A stretch of 64,000 nucleotides of DNA from Candidatus Absconditabacterales bacterium (GTDB taxonomy: Bacteria > Patescibacteriota > Gracilibacteria > Absconditabacterales > Absconditicoccaceae): the NCBI GenBank assembly GCA_937958645.1, contig CALGNI010000038.1, positions 3,647 to 67,646 of the forward strand, written 5' to 3'. Shown one piece after another: positions 1 through 11,782 of the stretch (its first letter is position 1; every line of letters begins with the position of its first letter). A model generated the notes under the pieces. The model was not told the origin of the DNA, did not search any database, and saw nothing but the letters and a program-made list of their open reading frames with translations. A program made the position numbers and the translations under genes.

Positions 1-101
1 CTTGAGACTCACTAACAGATACATCCCTTGAGGACTGAGAATCTCCTCTTGAATAGACATAGCGAGATGAATGTTATTTTTGCACTTAATTCAATATCTT
101 C

Positions 102-3100
102 ATGTCCAGAAACACAAGACCTCGCAAAAGATCAAAAGATCCTTTGAAGGTGAGAATAAATGACCAGAATCAGAATCTTGCACAAGAAGCAAAGGAAGCT
201 TTCTCTAGTAATAAAAATATAGTGAAGAAAAACGCTGAACTCACTATAGATCTCATGAACATGGAAAATGATAGAGAACCAGCAATCATTAATCTAGATA
301 AATATACAAATCAACAAAAAGCATATCGACATCAATATATAAACTTAACGTATCTAGAAGAGCTTTCTGATAATGCACTCCCTATCGATCTGTCAGGAGT
401 AGTTGTCACCCCAAATAACTTACTAAAGACTGAATTTAGCGCTCAAGAATGGCTTTCCATCATGGAATTTCAGTCAACAGTACAAAAACCTTATGAGCGT
501 GAGGTATATGCAGCTTTCTTACAATCAATAGACCTCTTTGATCGATTGCCTGTGAAGTTGTGGAGTGTGATGAAGGCAATGCAGTGATCTGAGAATCTAG
601 ATGAGTCATGGAAAGAGTTTCTTCAAAACAGGAGTACAGATTTATCTAGTGAATATTTTTTCAAGTTGAGAGCTCAACCCTTAGAAAAAGAACAAGAGAA
701 GATTTTTCAACAATTTCTTGATCAAGGAGGTACTGAAAACGGATTTCATACACTGCGAAATCAATATATGAAGAAGCAATGGAATGTGTTGGATGAGAAA
801 GATGCGAATGAAGAGCAGTTATATAAACGCTGGAGACTTAGGGCTATCATGAGGGTGCTCCCTCGAACTGATGATCAGTTGATGCAGCTAGACATCTTGG
901 AGAAACAAACTTCCGATCCTTTGTGGATGTCGCAGGTGCAAAAGACCCTAGCGCATGCTTTTCATAACAACGAAGACCGAAAAAATAACTCACTACTCCA
1001 GTTTGATGTTCAATCTAAGCTGCTTTTTATCCTATGAAACTTTTTTGATGAAGAATCTGAAGTTATGATTAAGGAGAGAGCGTTAATTAGGCAGGAGGTG
1101 ACTTCTCTTTTTCAATGATTCTCTGGCTCTAAAGAGCAAAGCTGATTATCCTCGCTATTCCAAAATCCATCTTCCCCTGAAGAAATATTTACCAAAAAAA
1201 AACTCAAGACTCTTTTCGATCAGCTATTAGAAAATAGAAGCTATAAGACGTGGGGATTACCGTCTCATATGGAGTTTTATGAGAATATTGAGGCTATGGC
1301 TGATGAGTTGAATAAAGGAGCATGATTTAGATCAGAACTTACTGGTCTTTTTATAGATGAGGATGCATCAGAAGAAAAACAAAATTCAGACCTACTTATC
1401 TTATTTTTCAATACTCTTTCTAGAGAACTCTGAAAGGGGAAAGACCTGGATATTGCAATTATGAAAGCTATCTATGCAATTAATCATACATATTTGAATA
1501 GAGTTCCAACTATTAGAGTGAAGAGTCAGGACTGAACGTCATCTTCTAGAGAAGGATTGTATGTTACAAATATTAAAAAGTTACTTTCTTGGTTATACGA
1601 ACAAAAAAACACAAAAGAAGAGCAGTTGCTTCAGTGAATCGAATATTCCGAAATCAAGCAGTGAAGCATTGCATCTCTTGACCTTGATCCTCAGGTATTT
1701 TCATCAGTAGATACATATATAAACAGAATTATGGAATTGATTCCATTCTTCAGAATAGAAACAGGGATTGGAAATGATGAATTTCAGGCAGTGATTAAGC
1801 ATCTGTATAACGAGCTAGAAATCTACATCCAAACGCTTTCTGATCAAGAAATTCAAGCATATCTTGATCAAACATCTTCAATATGATCTAGTTGAAAGAC
1901 GATTGCTACACAAAAACCTCAAGAAGAATATTGAGATAACAAAGAGTATTTTATGGCTTTGATCAAGGAATACATCAAGGCAGAGTTGTTGTTGCAAAGC
2001 CCTGATGGTCTTTTGTTTTGAGAAGGAATATGGCCTTTGGGTGATGAGGATTCAATCTTATTTCTGAAAAATAATGATGATAAAAAACCTCTGGAGTATT
2101 CATATTTCGATTTTGCTTTTTTATTGAATAATTACGATTTGGTTAGATCTTTAGTTAATAAGATCGATCGATCAAAAACTATGCATTGGATGGAGAGAGA
2201 TTTTTCTGAACCGAAATTAGCGGTGATTACTTCAGATTTTTTTCTTAAATATGCTATGAAGCTCTGAGAGAGTACTTGGTTATTACTTAACAATTCTGCC
2301 AAGAACATTAGCCATAGACTTAATCCCCCTATGCCTATTAACCTAGGTGGGTGAAATAGTGCTGAAAGAAAAATAGAGGTAGAGAAAATATTAGAGTCTC
2401 ATGTTAGATTGTCAGGGGTTTCACATATCGATTTGCATAACATCAACTGAAAATCAATTCTTTCGCATATCCTAAACCAACAGTGACTTTCTGATGATCT
2501 GTTGAAAAAGCGACTTGATGAGTTTGGTGAGATTGATGAGAATGCGTATCATGATGTGTCTTGAGCTGAAGATTTTAAATCAAAAGGTGTACTTCAAACA
2601 ACAGCGATACATGATGCTGTTATAGCTGGAAATGTTAAGGGTTTTGAGTTGCTGTTGAAAAAATGAATAGCGAAAAGTATATATATAAATTTGTATACAC
2701 GCAATCAAATTGATAAACATAGGTACTCCCAAGAAAAGTCAGTAATTGATTTGATAGCTGAACATAATAATCAAGAAACAGCAAGAAAAATGATATGGAT
2801 CTTGTTTTCAATATTACCTGAAAAAACTCATATTGATTACTTTACCGGTGAAATTGATTTGAGGCTAAAAGACCCAAAAGATTTGTTTTCCGTCAGAAAT
2901 CCACCTACTTGACTCACCTGACTCCAAACCCTGGCAGCATATGGACATCTAGATCTTGTGGAGGAGTTGATGGAGCAGTATTCATTAGATATTCGATGAG
3001 ATCTAAATAAAAAGGAAATGATGCTGAAGATTGCATGATCACCTCACGCTAGTGTGCAGGTGCTTGAGTGGTTTGAGAAGAAGTTTTTGGAGGAGGAGTA

Positions 3101-3836
3101 TTTTGGTTCACCGGGTAAGACTACTTCTATTATGTCTTGGGGAGAAGACTGATCAGTAAATAATTTTAGACCTTGAGAACCTTTTCTTGTTGCGACTTGA
3201 TGAGATGGTTATGATGAGAATAATTCACACTTTTTATATGTGTATTGATTAGATTCGAAGAATACTCGAAAACAAGAAGAAAAGTGACGAAAGAAGTATG
3301 ATTTTCCCCTCTTGCCAAGTAAAGATTTTGTAGAGTTCATAAAAGAAAACAATAACTTCTGGAAAGCTAAAAATACGATGTTAGAAACAGAGGGGTATTA
3401 CCAGCGTATGAAGGCTGATTTTCTTAATACGCCTTGATATAGATATAGTATTAAACTATTCGAAAATTACGAATATGTTAATGCAATTATCAGTTCTGGA
3501 GATCCTGAGAAAGTAAAGTATCTATTACGCAAATGAGGATATAGTCACTGAAGACTAGAAAATCAGAGTGATGAACCTACAAGTTTAGAAAAAGTACTCA
3601 ATGAGCTAAAAAGTCCTGATAATATTGGTATTGGAATGCAGGCTGTAATCATAAATATAAGAATGATAGAAAATGATGGGGTTGATTTTTTTGCAACAAA
3701 AATGGGATTGAGAATCAATAACTTATTCAAGATAGTGAGATTGCTTCGAGATGATGATCAGCAGCATAAGAAATTGTATGAAAAGAATCTGAGTAAAGAG
3801 GTGCTACAGAAGGTGAGAGAGATTGTTGGAAAGTAA
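102..3836 (+). CDS. giant hypothetical protein (1244 aa) with ankyrin-like repeat segments
   Basis: ORF-track pieces 102-587, 666-1037, 2037-2267, 2691-2912 and 3636-3836 share one frame. My read-through found only TGA between them, no TAA/TAG, and a TAA end. An in-frame TAG lies upstream at 54-62. ANK-like strings include 'TAIHDAVIAGNVKGFELLLKKG' and 'LAAYGHLDLVEELMEQY'. Confidence 0.65.
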
Positions 3837-3903
3837 AGCACTTTAGTTCAGCAAAAAGAACGAATGTTCTTGATTTCTCCTCACTTAATTTTATACTAAA
3901 TAC

Positions 3904-4503
3904 ATGCCAAAAGAAAAAAACAGAGCCTACATCGATGGACAAAACCTGTATCTAGGAACAAAAGCTGCTAGGTGGCAAGTGGACTTTACGAAGTTTAGAA
4001 TTTATCTCAAAGACAAATATCAAGTAACTGAAGCATATTATTTTATGTGATATGTAGACGAGAATGAAGAAAAATTATATACGCATCTACAAGAGGCTTG
4101 ATTTATTATCGTATTTAGAGAGCATACAGCGAATTTGAAGGGGAAGAAGAAGGGGAATGTAGATGTGGATATCGTGTTCGAGATGATGAGAGCAATGCAT
4201 GAGAAAGATGATTTTGATAAGATCGTGCTGGTGTCTGGTGATGGTGATTATATCAAGCCGGTAAAGTACTTTATTGAGAAGGGATTGTTTAAGAAGATCT
4301 TATTTCCAAATAAGAACTACTCATCCTTGTACAAACAAATTCAGGATAGATTCTCAGTGAACATTAGTGTGAAAGATATTAAGATGAAAATAGCGCATAT
4401 TTCAAAGAAAAAAATCACCAAGAAGCCTACTTCGGACGCAATCGCTACCAAAAAGAAGAAGGTGACTAAGAAAAATAAACAACAAAAAAAAGGGACGGCC
4501 TAA
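3904..4503 (+). CDS. NYN domain (LabA/DUF88-like) protein with Lys-rich tail
   Basis: ATG 3904 is in frame with track ORF 4135-4503 through 2 TGA. Recognised strings: 'RAYIDGQNLY', 'VLVSGDGDYIKPV'. Ends TAA. Confidence 0.7.
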
Positions 4504-4714
4504 AGCACCAACACTTTTCGGAATCCCTTTCGTGGTAAGACAATTCTTATAGTACTGAAAAGATCTAAATATTGCAAGTCTTTTTGCGAGAATCTGATAA
4601 CAATGTTCTATCATTAGTTTAAAGATTCATAGAAACAGTAATGGATTCTGATATACATCAGAATGACGTGCTCTGGATTCTAGCTTCTAATCTCTAGCCT
4701 CTAAATTCTTTTTC

Positions 4715-6211
4715 ATGCCCAAAAAATTTGACCCCATAGCCACACAAGCCTTAGATCTTATGGAAAACTCCACGAAGTCACTTTTTTTGACGGGGAAAGC
4801 GGGGACGGGGAAGTCGACCTTGATCAATCACTTTATCGACACGACGAAGAAAAATATCTTGGTGTTAGCGCCGACTTGAGTGGCTGCCGTGAATATCGGT
4901 GGTACGACCATTCATTCCTTTTTTGGTCTTCATCCTGGGATAACTATAGATGAGGTGAAGGACGGTGAGTATGGGATGAATTCTTTGAAATGGAAGATTC
5001 TTGAAAAGTTAGATGCTATCGTGATCGATGAGATCTCGATGGTGAGAGCTGATATGATGCATATGATTCATCTGATCTTACAGGATGTATATGGTGATGA
5101 GGAGGCCTTTGGAGGGAAGCAGATGATCTTCGTGGGAGATCTGTATCAACTTCCGCCGATCGTGCGCGATGAAGAGAAGAAGTTTTTTCGCGAAGTATAT
5201 GGAAATCAGTATTTTTTCGCTCCCGAGTGCTATGACGCCCTAGGAACAACTACGATCGAATTACAGCATATGTATCGTCAAGAAGATGCGGGTTTCAAGA
5301 GGGTTTTGAATAAGATACGTTTAGGTTTACAGTCTCAAGCAGACCTTGATGTACTGAATGAGAAGGTCGCAAGTGCAGATGATCTTCAGTGAGTCATTCA
5401 CTTGATGACTACCAATGCTGATGCTGCGATGATCAACAAGCAAAAATTGATGCAGCTCAAGACCGATGAATACCGTGCTTTTTCAACTATTGATGGCGAA
5501 GTGCCTCCTTCGATGTTTATGAATGAAAATACTCTGGTGTTTAAGCCTGGTGCGCAGGTGATGATGCTGGTGAATGGGCAGAAGTGGAGTAATGGATCGA
5601 TTGGTACTTTGCTCTCTCGAGATGAAGATGATGAGATTGCTACTATCGAGGTAGATGGTGAGGAAGTACAGATAGAGCCACATACCCGAAATATTCGTAA
5701 ACCAAGTTATGATGAAAAAGAAAAGAAGATAAAAAATGATGTCGTGGGCTCATTTACCCAACTCCCGTTCAAGCTCGCTCGAGCGATCACGATCCACAAA
5801 TCCCAGTGATTAACCTTTGATCGTCTGGTGATTGATTTTGGTGCTCGTGTATTTGCAACGGGTCAATCATATGTAGCTTTGAGTAGAGTGACGAGTCTGG
5901 ATTGACTGACCCTTACCAGACCGCTTCGTATGTCGGATATAAAATGTGAACCGATCGTCCGTGAGTACATGATGGAAGAACTCGCAGATCAACGCGAACA
6001 GATGATAGAAGATGCTATCTCGGAAAAAAGAACGCTGAGTTGTATTTATATGAACTATAGAAACCAGGTTGAGGAGGTAACATTTACCCCGAGTTCATTG
6101 GAAGATGTGAGAAAGCAAGGTATCGAATTTCCGGGAGTGAAGCTTGAGGATAAGAAGGGAGAAGAGAGGTTGTTGAATGCTCAGAGGATGTTTGAGCTTG
6201 TGCGCACGTAG
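4715..6211 (+). CDS. PIF1/RecD-family ATP-dependent DNA helicase
   Basis: Walker A 'GKAGTGKST', 'LAPTGVAAVNIGGTTIHS' (the G is TGA 4877-4879), 'VIDEISMV', 'ITIHKSQGLTFD', 'YVALSRV'. It joins track ORFs 4880-5392, 5402-5809 and 5930-6211 in one frame. Confidence 0.85.
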
Positions 6212-6262
6212 CTCTCCCCTGCGCCCCTCTCAAGGAGAGGGGGATCTGTCGGTTTGGGATTC
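6212..6262. repeat. GC-rich palindromic intergenic element (copy 1)
   Basis: 'ctctcccctgcgcccctctcaaggagagggggatc' with hairpin cccctctc/gagagggg. Related to 8617-8696 and 27130-27250. GC-rich in an AT-rich context. Confidence 0.6.
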
Positions 6263-6288
6263 ACGGTTTAGTATTTCATAAAAAAAAT

Positions 6289-6314
6289 CCCAGATAGTGT
6301 GAACACTATCTGGG
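6289..6314 (-). terminator. rho-independent terminator for the 6338-6772 gene
   Basis: Perfect 11-bp stem cccagatagtg/cactatctggg, followed on the minus strand by a T-run (A-run 6281-6288 on plus). Confidence 0.7.
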
Positions 6315-6337
6315 AAATCTAACTTATAAAAAGCTAG

Positions 6338-6772
6338 TTAATCCGCGGTAAATGGTAAAAAATAGGGACAATAATGTCCAAGCTGTTTGCCATCGATTTC
6401 TTGAGGTAAATAGTCATTTTTTTTGAATCCAAATATTTCTTTTGGATGTTTTTTAGAGATAATTTGACAATCTTTTGTGGGATTAGGATGACCGTCTCTA
6501 TAGAAACACAAGGAACATTTTCTTTGCCATTCTTCTCCATGAGCAAGATCCTCGGGATCATCATAGGTTTGAATAGCTTTTCCTTCTCCTGATAGTAGCT
6601 GTGCCACTCGTAATGATTCTCGGGGATTGACTTGTCCATTTAGGCAAACACTTGGATGTTTTTTTCCACGTTTTTGTCTCCAAGCCCAATGAGCAATAAC
6701 ATATTCGATTGTTCCAATTGGTATTCCCGTAAATAATTTTTCTGTTTTCATTTTTTTATTTTTTATTTTCAA
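6338..6772 (-). CDS. hypothetical protein
   Basis: Intact 144-aa ORF in the track with a TAA stop and no TGA. A terminator lies downstream. No family recognised. Confidence 0.45.
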   Translation of the reverse strand: MKIKNKKMKTEKLFTGIPIGTIEYVIAHWAWRQKRGKKHPSVCLNGQVNPRESLRVAQLLSGEGKAIQTYDDPEDLAHGEEWQRKCSLCFYRDGHPNPTKDCQIISKKHPKEIFGFKKNDYLPQEIDGKQLGHYCPYFLPFTAD

Positions 6773-6936
6773 TTAAATTATGCTTTCTTTATATCTATAA
6801 TTTTACACAAGTCAATATCTACATCATTCATCTTCCTAGAGATTAAACCCAACATACATACAAGTAACTAATGCAAAACCAAGCCCCCTTATTCTCACCA
6901 CCATGATCCCTCTACGTTTCAAACGAAAGAATTTTT

Positions 6937-7314
6937 TTGAAAGAAATCATAACAGATAGAGGATCAAAATACTCTGTATTACTCGATGCACTTGCTCCTT
7001 CAGCTGATCCTCAGAAAGCAGCGAAGATGTTTTTTCATGCCTTAAAAAAAGATAAATTTCATGCAAAAGCAACACACAATAGCTACGCTCGAAGATGTGA
7101 AAGAGATGATGGATTTATCGCTGAAGGGTATTTTGATGATGGAGAAAGAGGTGCAGGGAAAATTATCTTACGCGAAATGACGAAGAATAACTTACTCAAT
7201 GGTATCATCGTAGTCACCAGATATTATGGAGGAGTGAAGTTGGAAGCGGACAGATTCCGTCATGTGGTGGATGCGACGCAGGCCGTGGTACACAAAGTAA
7301 AAAATAGAAAGTAA
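6937..7314 (+). CDS. yigZ: IMPACT/YigZ family (UPF0029) N-terminal domain protein
   Basis: 'ITDRGSKY', 'ATHNSYA', 'DDGERGAG', 'VVVTRYYGGVKL' match the YigZ/IMPACT signature. Track ORF with a TTG start. Confidence 0.65.
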   Translation: MKEIITDRGSKYSVLLDALAPSADPQKAAKMFFHALKKDKFHAKATHNSYARRCERDDGFIAEGYFDDGERGAGKIILREMTKNNLLNGIIVVTRYYGGVKLEADRFRHVVDATQAVVHKVKNRK

Positions 7315-7480
7315 AAAATAGAAATAGAGTTATATTTCGAAGAAAAATTACCAAGAAACTTACTTCGTAGCAAATAAAAAACAAGTCCTACCGAGGATAC
7401 CGCGAAGCTTGCTTCGATGGTAATCATTTTTTCATACTTATTTCTTTGATTTGTGAAGGTTCGAAGTGTATAAAAGATGA

Positions 7481-7897
7481 ATGAAGAAAATTCCTGCTTT
7501 GTTTGATGCGGAAAATGATGCTCGCAAGAGAGTGGAGTTTGCTGGTCGTAAGTTACCAGAGGTAAAAGCCGGTGAGATTTGGTGGTATTATGTTGGTATA
7601 AATATTGGGGAAGAAATTTCTAAGTGATTTCCATATCAAAGACCTTGTTTAGTTTTTAGTGAAGTAAAAAATAGTTCATTGCTTATGATTATACCGTTAT
7701 CAACTAGATTACATAAAAAACGGATATCTACTTCAATTGAACTTAATCATTTTCATAAATATTGATTACATAAAAAATCACGACTATTACTTCATCAAAT
7801 TCAGATTGTTGATAAGAAAAGGCTACAAAATAAAGTAATATGAAAAACTATCGGTAAAAGATTTTTGACGTTAATAAAGAATAGCATGTTTATATAA
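7481..7897 (+). CDS. PemK/MazF-like toxin (mRNA interferase fold)
   Basis: Table-25 ORF of 138 aa, absent from the track because of 3 TGA. 'GEIWWYYVGINIGEEISKGFPYQRPCLV', 'MIIPLSTR', 'LLHQIQIVDKKRL' resemble PemK family motifs. TAA stop at 7895. Confidence 0.55.
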
Positions 7898-7904
7898 AAA
7901 AACT

Positions 7905-7925
7905 CCCTAATCACAAGGATTAGGG
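7905..7925 (-). terminator. terminator hairpin after the 8051-8590 gene
   Basis: ccctaatc/gattaggg stem, with the T-run on the minus strand (A-run 7895-7902 on plus). Confidence 0.55.
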
Positions 7926-8050
7926 CATCCGCAATACGACACAAGGAAGATGCGTAACCAACACGAAGTTGATTAATACTTCTACTATACATATTTCGTT
8001 CTCCAAAATCAAGTTTTGGGAAAGAAAAAAGCAGGAAAAAATGTTAGAAA

Positions 8051-8590
8051 TTATTGTGTTCTTTTCATAAAAACAATTGCATCGATTTCTCTTTGTATAG
8101 TATCGATACTATCATTTCTTAGACATATTTTTTCTTTGTCATTCTCTTGATGTCTCTCCGTAGTTGAGTTGCTGACCTGCGTAGGTATTGATAGACTACG
8201 ATTCATTTTCAGTTCATCAAATGTCTCTCTCATGCATTGTAACGTATCTTTTTTTGCTTCTCGTAGCTGGGAAATTTCTTCAGAGTAGTCTTTATTTTGA
8301 AGTACGTCTTTTGCATATTGCTGATTTAATTCCTCTTTGTATTGAGCTAGGAAATTACTGATAACAGCTATTGGGTCAGCTTCTGTTTTTTCTTTAAGAA
8401 TTTGGCACATTGTAATGTATTCCTTTTCTTTAATTTTTTCTGGAGTATTATTTTGCTTTATAAATTCTGATACGCAGATTGGGGAAAAGAGCAACAGTAA
8501 AGCTGCACTGATTCAAGCCAATGAAGTTGACATTTTTCCACTCTCAATCTGTTTTATAGCAGATGTATACGGATTTTTTCTATTATTCAT
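8051..8590 (-). CDS. hypothetical secreted/anchored coiled-coil protein
   Basis: Track ORF 8051-8494 extends upstream through one TGA to ATG 8590. The N-terminus 'MNNRKNPYTSAIKQIESGKMSTSLAGISAALLLLFSPIC' looks like a signal peptide. Length 540 nt. Confidence 0.5.
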
Positions 8591-8616
8591 GAGGTATATT
8601 GCATAAAACGTATTTT

Positions 8617-8696
8617 TCCCTCACCCCAGCCCTCTACCCTCAAGGGGCATCGAGATCCCAACCCCTTCGCGAGGAGAGGGAGAACGGAAAAATTGT
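8617..8696. repeat. GC-rich palindromic intergenic element (copy 2)
   Basis: 'ccctcaccccagccctctaccctcaaggggcatcgagatcccaaccccttcgcgaggagagggagaacgg'. Confidence 0.55.
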
Positions 8697-8729
8697 TGCC
8701 TGTTTCAATTATCAATTATCAATTTTCAA

Positions 8730-9410
8730 TTAATCAAGGTACACCCTGTCCGAACTCCAAAACAAATAACTAAGCAGTAAGTATCATCCAAGGATATATG
8801 CAGTAAACCCGAGAATCAGTCCATAGTGGAGGCTGAGGTTATACCCAGCATGAAGAATAATACCTATGATGATTCATCAGATGATCCCGAAGATTTGTTT
8901 GAATCCAGTAAGCCTTGAAGCAACCCATCAGATGATTCCGGTAAACAGCGCATGTCCCATGAAACTCGTAAATCACCTAGTCACTGCCAGATTTGCTGCT
9001 TCTGATATTCCTTGGGTTTCACGAACAAGATAGATGATATTCTCGCCAAATCCAAAACCAAGCGCGATGAAAATACTATACAAGATGAGGTCATTGCGAG
9101 TAAGGTGCTGGCGTAGATATCGAATAAATGAACCAGCGAACTTCAAGATTTCTTCTTGAGCAGCCAGAAGAGTATATCAAATCAAAATCCCTGCAGTCAT
9201 TCATGTTTGACCAAAACCAAAATAATCTAAGGGAATCCCAAAGCGTTCTGCGATGCCAGGGAGTGCCAGTAGCCCAATCGCAATACCAATCCCTCCGATC
9301 ACCAACAAGATCTTCGTACTCGATTCTTGTTTCCCAAAAAGTGTCTCAGCGACTCGAAGTCGAACTGAGAACAGTATTCGGGTGATGATGATTCAGATGA
9401 TGATGGACAT
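8730..9410 (-). CDS. prsW: PrsW-family intramembrane metalloprotease
   Basis: 226-aa table-25 ORF (681 nt, many TGA-Gly). 'AAQEEILKF', 'ALGFGFGENIIY', 'SFMGHALFTG', 'ILHAGYN' match PrsW motifs. Multi-pass membrane protein. Confidence 0.7.
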
Positions 9411-9950
9411 GCTAAGTAAAGCTAAAAGCTGAAAGCCAAAAGCTAAAATATATAGTTTAGTTAATAGTCATTCTTGTTATTGGAGCAAGGAGAAAGAAGA
9501 TTTGATTGAGATTGAACAAAAGAGCCTGTACTTTACAGTCTCTTTTTTTATATTCTAGTAAACAAGAGAGGAGTGTCCTAGTGTATTGGTATATTAGTAC
9601 ATTAACTCGCCTTTGCCTTCGGCATATATTCCTTGCAACTGATCACTTCGTCCCTTCGGTCCTAGTTCTCAGACAAGTAATTAACTTACTAATTCACTAA
9701 TATACTAATTTATCCAATTCACCTAATTTACCCAACTCGCCTAACTTGCCTAACTTGTCTTTACCTTCGATCCTAGTTCTCAGACAAGTAATTAATTTAC
9801 TAATATACTAATTTATCCAATTCACTAATTCACTAATTCACTAATTTACTAATTTATCTAATTCACCTAATTTACCCAATTTACTAATTCACTAATTCAC
9901 TAATCTACTAATTCACCTAATTTACCCAATTTACCCAACCTGTCTAAAAA
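9411..9950. repeat. composite repeat region upstream of mutL
   Basis: Contains 'aagctaaaagctgaaagccaaaagctaaaa' and an inverted copy of the 75-bp element at 9608-9684, with a partial copy at 9759-9797. Long degenerate 8-9-nt arrays 'ttcactaa / tttacccaa / ttcacctaa' span about 9684-9940. Confidence 0.8.
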
Positions 9951-9951
9951 A

Positions 9952-11781
9952 ATGATCAAAAAACTCCCCCAACACCTCATCAACAAACTCAAAGCTGGAG
10001 AAATCGTCGAGCGTCCTGTTTCTATCGTGAAGGAACTCGTGGAAAACTCGCTTGATGCCTGAGCTACGCAGATCAGCATGGAGATTTCTGCTTGAGGAAA
10101 AAAGTTGATTAAGATTCAAGATAATGGAACGGGGATGACCAAAGAAGACCTTCAGATGAGTGTGGAACGTTATGCAACATCCAAACTAGACGAGACAAGC
10201 GATATTGAGATGATCGAAAGTTATGGATTTAGGGGTGAGGCCTTAGCGAGTGTGAGTGAGGTGAGTATCTTTCGTATTCAGACTCGTCAAGCAGCAGAAA
10301 CTGAATCAGGGGTCTGATATGAGCTGTATCGCGCTGAAGGAAGATATGATATCAAGCAAATTCCGTTTGCTCGTGAGCATGGAACGACCGTCTTCGTAGA
10401 AGATGTGTTTCATCATATCCCAGCTCGTGAAAAATTCCTCAAATCTGATTCGACCGAACGAAATTATATCAAGAAAATGTTCTTACAATACGCCCTGGTG
10501 CATCGAGATAAAAAACGAGAGCTCCTCAAGGATGGAAAATCGATGTATAGCTTTCTCCCTGCCGATAGTCTCATGGAAAGAGTGCTTTCACTCACCAAGA
10601 AAGATCGAGAAAAAAATCTAAAAACCCTTGCCTATCAAGATAAGCAATTAGAAATATTTGGTGTAGCTGGAGACGCGAGTTTGCATTTTGCGACTGGCCA
10701 ATATTTTTGGTTGTTTGTGAATGGACGTCCTGTGCAAGATAGAGTCTTAAAGTCTGCTGTGATGGAGGCCTATAGAAGGCAGATCGTGCCAGGTAGTCAT
10801 CCTTTCGTGTGTCTTTTCCTGGAGATAGACCCGAGACAAGTAGATGTGAATGTTCATCCAAGAAAACTCGAAGTAAAATTCCTCGACCCATGAAGCGTGC
10901 ATACCCGCGTCAAAGAAACGATCCGTGAAGCAATAGGAAGTCAAAAAGTGAACTATGCTGCCTTCAATCAAGAAGCAGTGAGGAGTAGCTCTCATCCCAG
11001 CTCAGGTTCAGGGAAAAGATTCAATGCTGAGCAATATCGTCAACATCAGTCTGGATTAACAGAATCTCAAATTCAATGATTGAAGCAGGTATGATCGATG
11101 AAAAACTGAGCTGAAGCAATGATGTTTGGTGCCGCAGATATGGATAAGGTTCATCTGGGGCAAAGTCAGTTGTGAACTGAGCTTATGGTCGTGGGTGAGC
11201 AAGAATCATATACCCTGATTGGCCAACTCCGACAGAGTTATATCCTTCTCCAAGCACCCGATGCATTGGTCTATATTGACCAACATGCTTTAGCAGAAAG
11301 AATCGCTTTTGAACAAATGAAGAAAAAAATAACCGCTGATGGCTTTAGTTCTGAAGTGCTTCTTCAGCCCCTAAGTCTCGAGATCCCCAAAGACATAGAT
11401 ATTGATGAGAAGATTGAACTCTTATGAACGATAGGGTTTGATGCTTCGGTATTGAGTGAGCGGAAGCTTGTCATCTATTCAATTCCTCGTGTGTTTCATG
11501 AGTGGAAGGTGGATATAGAATTGATCATCAATCGAGTCTGGTGAGCCAAGCACAACGCCCAAGGTCCAGAACTTTTTGGTCTGATGGTGGATGAAATGGT
11601 AGGGATGAAAGCCTGCAAAGCCTCAATCAAAGCAGGTCAAAAGCTCAGTCCCCAAGAAATGAAACAGCTCGTCCAAGATGGATTTACCTATATCCCAGGA
11701 ATGTTCGTCTGTCAGCACGGAAGACCAAGCGCAGTAAGGATTGAGAAGGGGAATGTGGATGGGTTGTTTGAAAGGCATTAG
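9952..11781 (+). CDS. mutL: DNA mismatch repair protein MutL
   Basis: '[24 protein letters not shown]', 'IQDNGTGM', '[10 protein letters not shown]', '[12 protein letters not shown]', and C-terminal 'CQHGRPS'. Five track ORFs join in one frame through TGA. TAG stop. Confidence 0.95.
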
Positions 11782-11782
11782 A

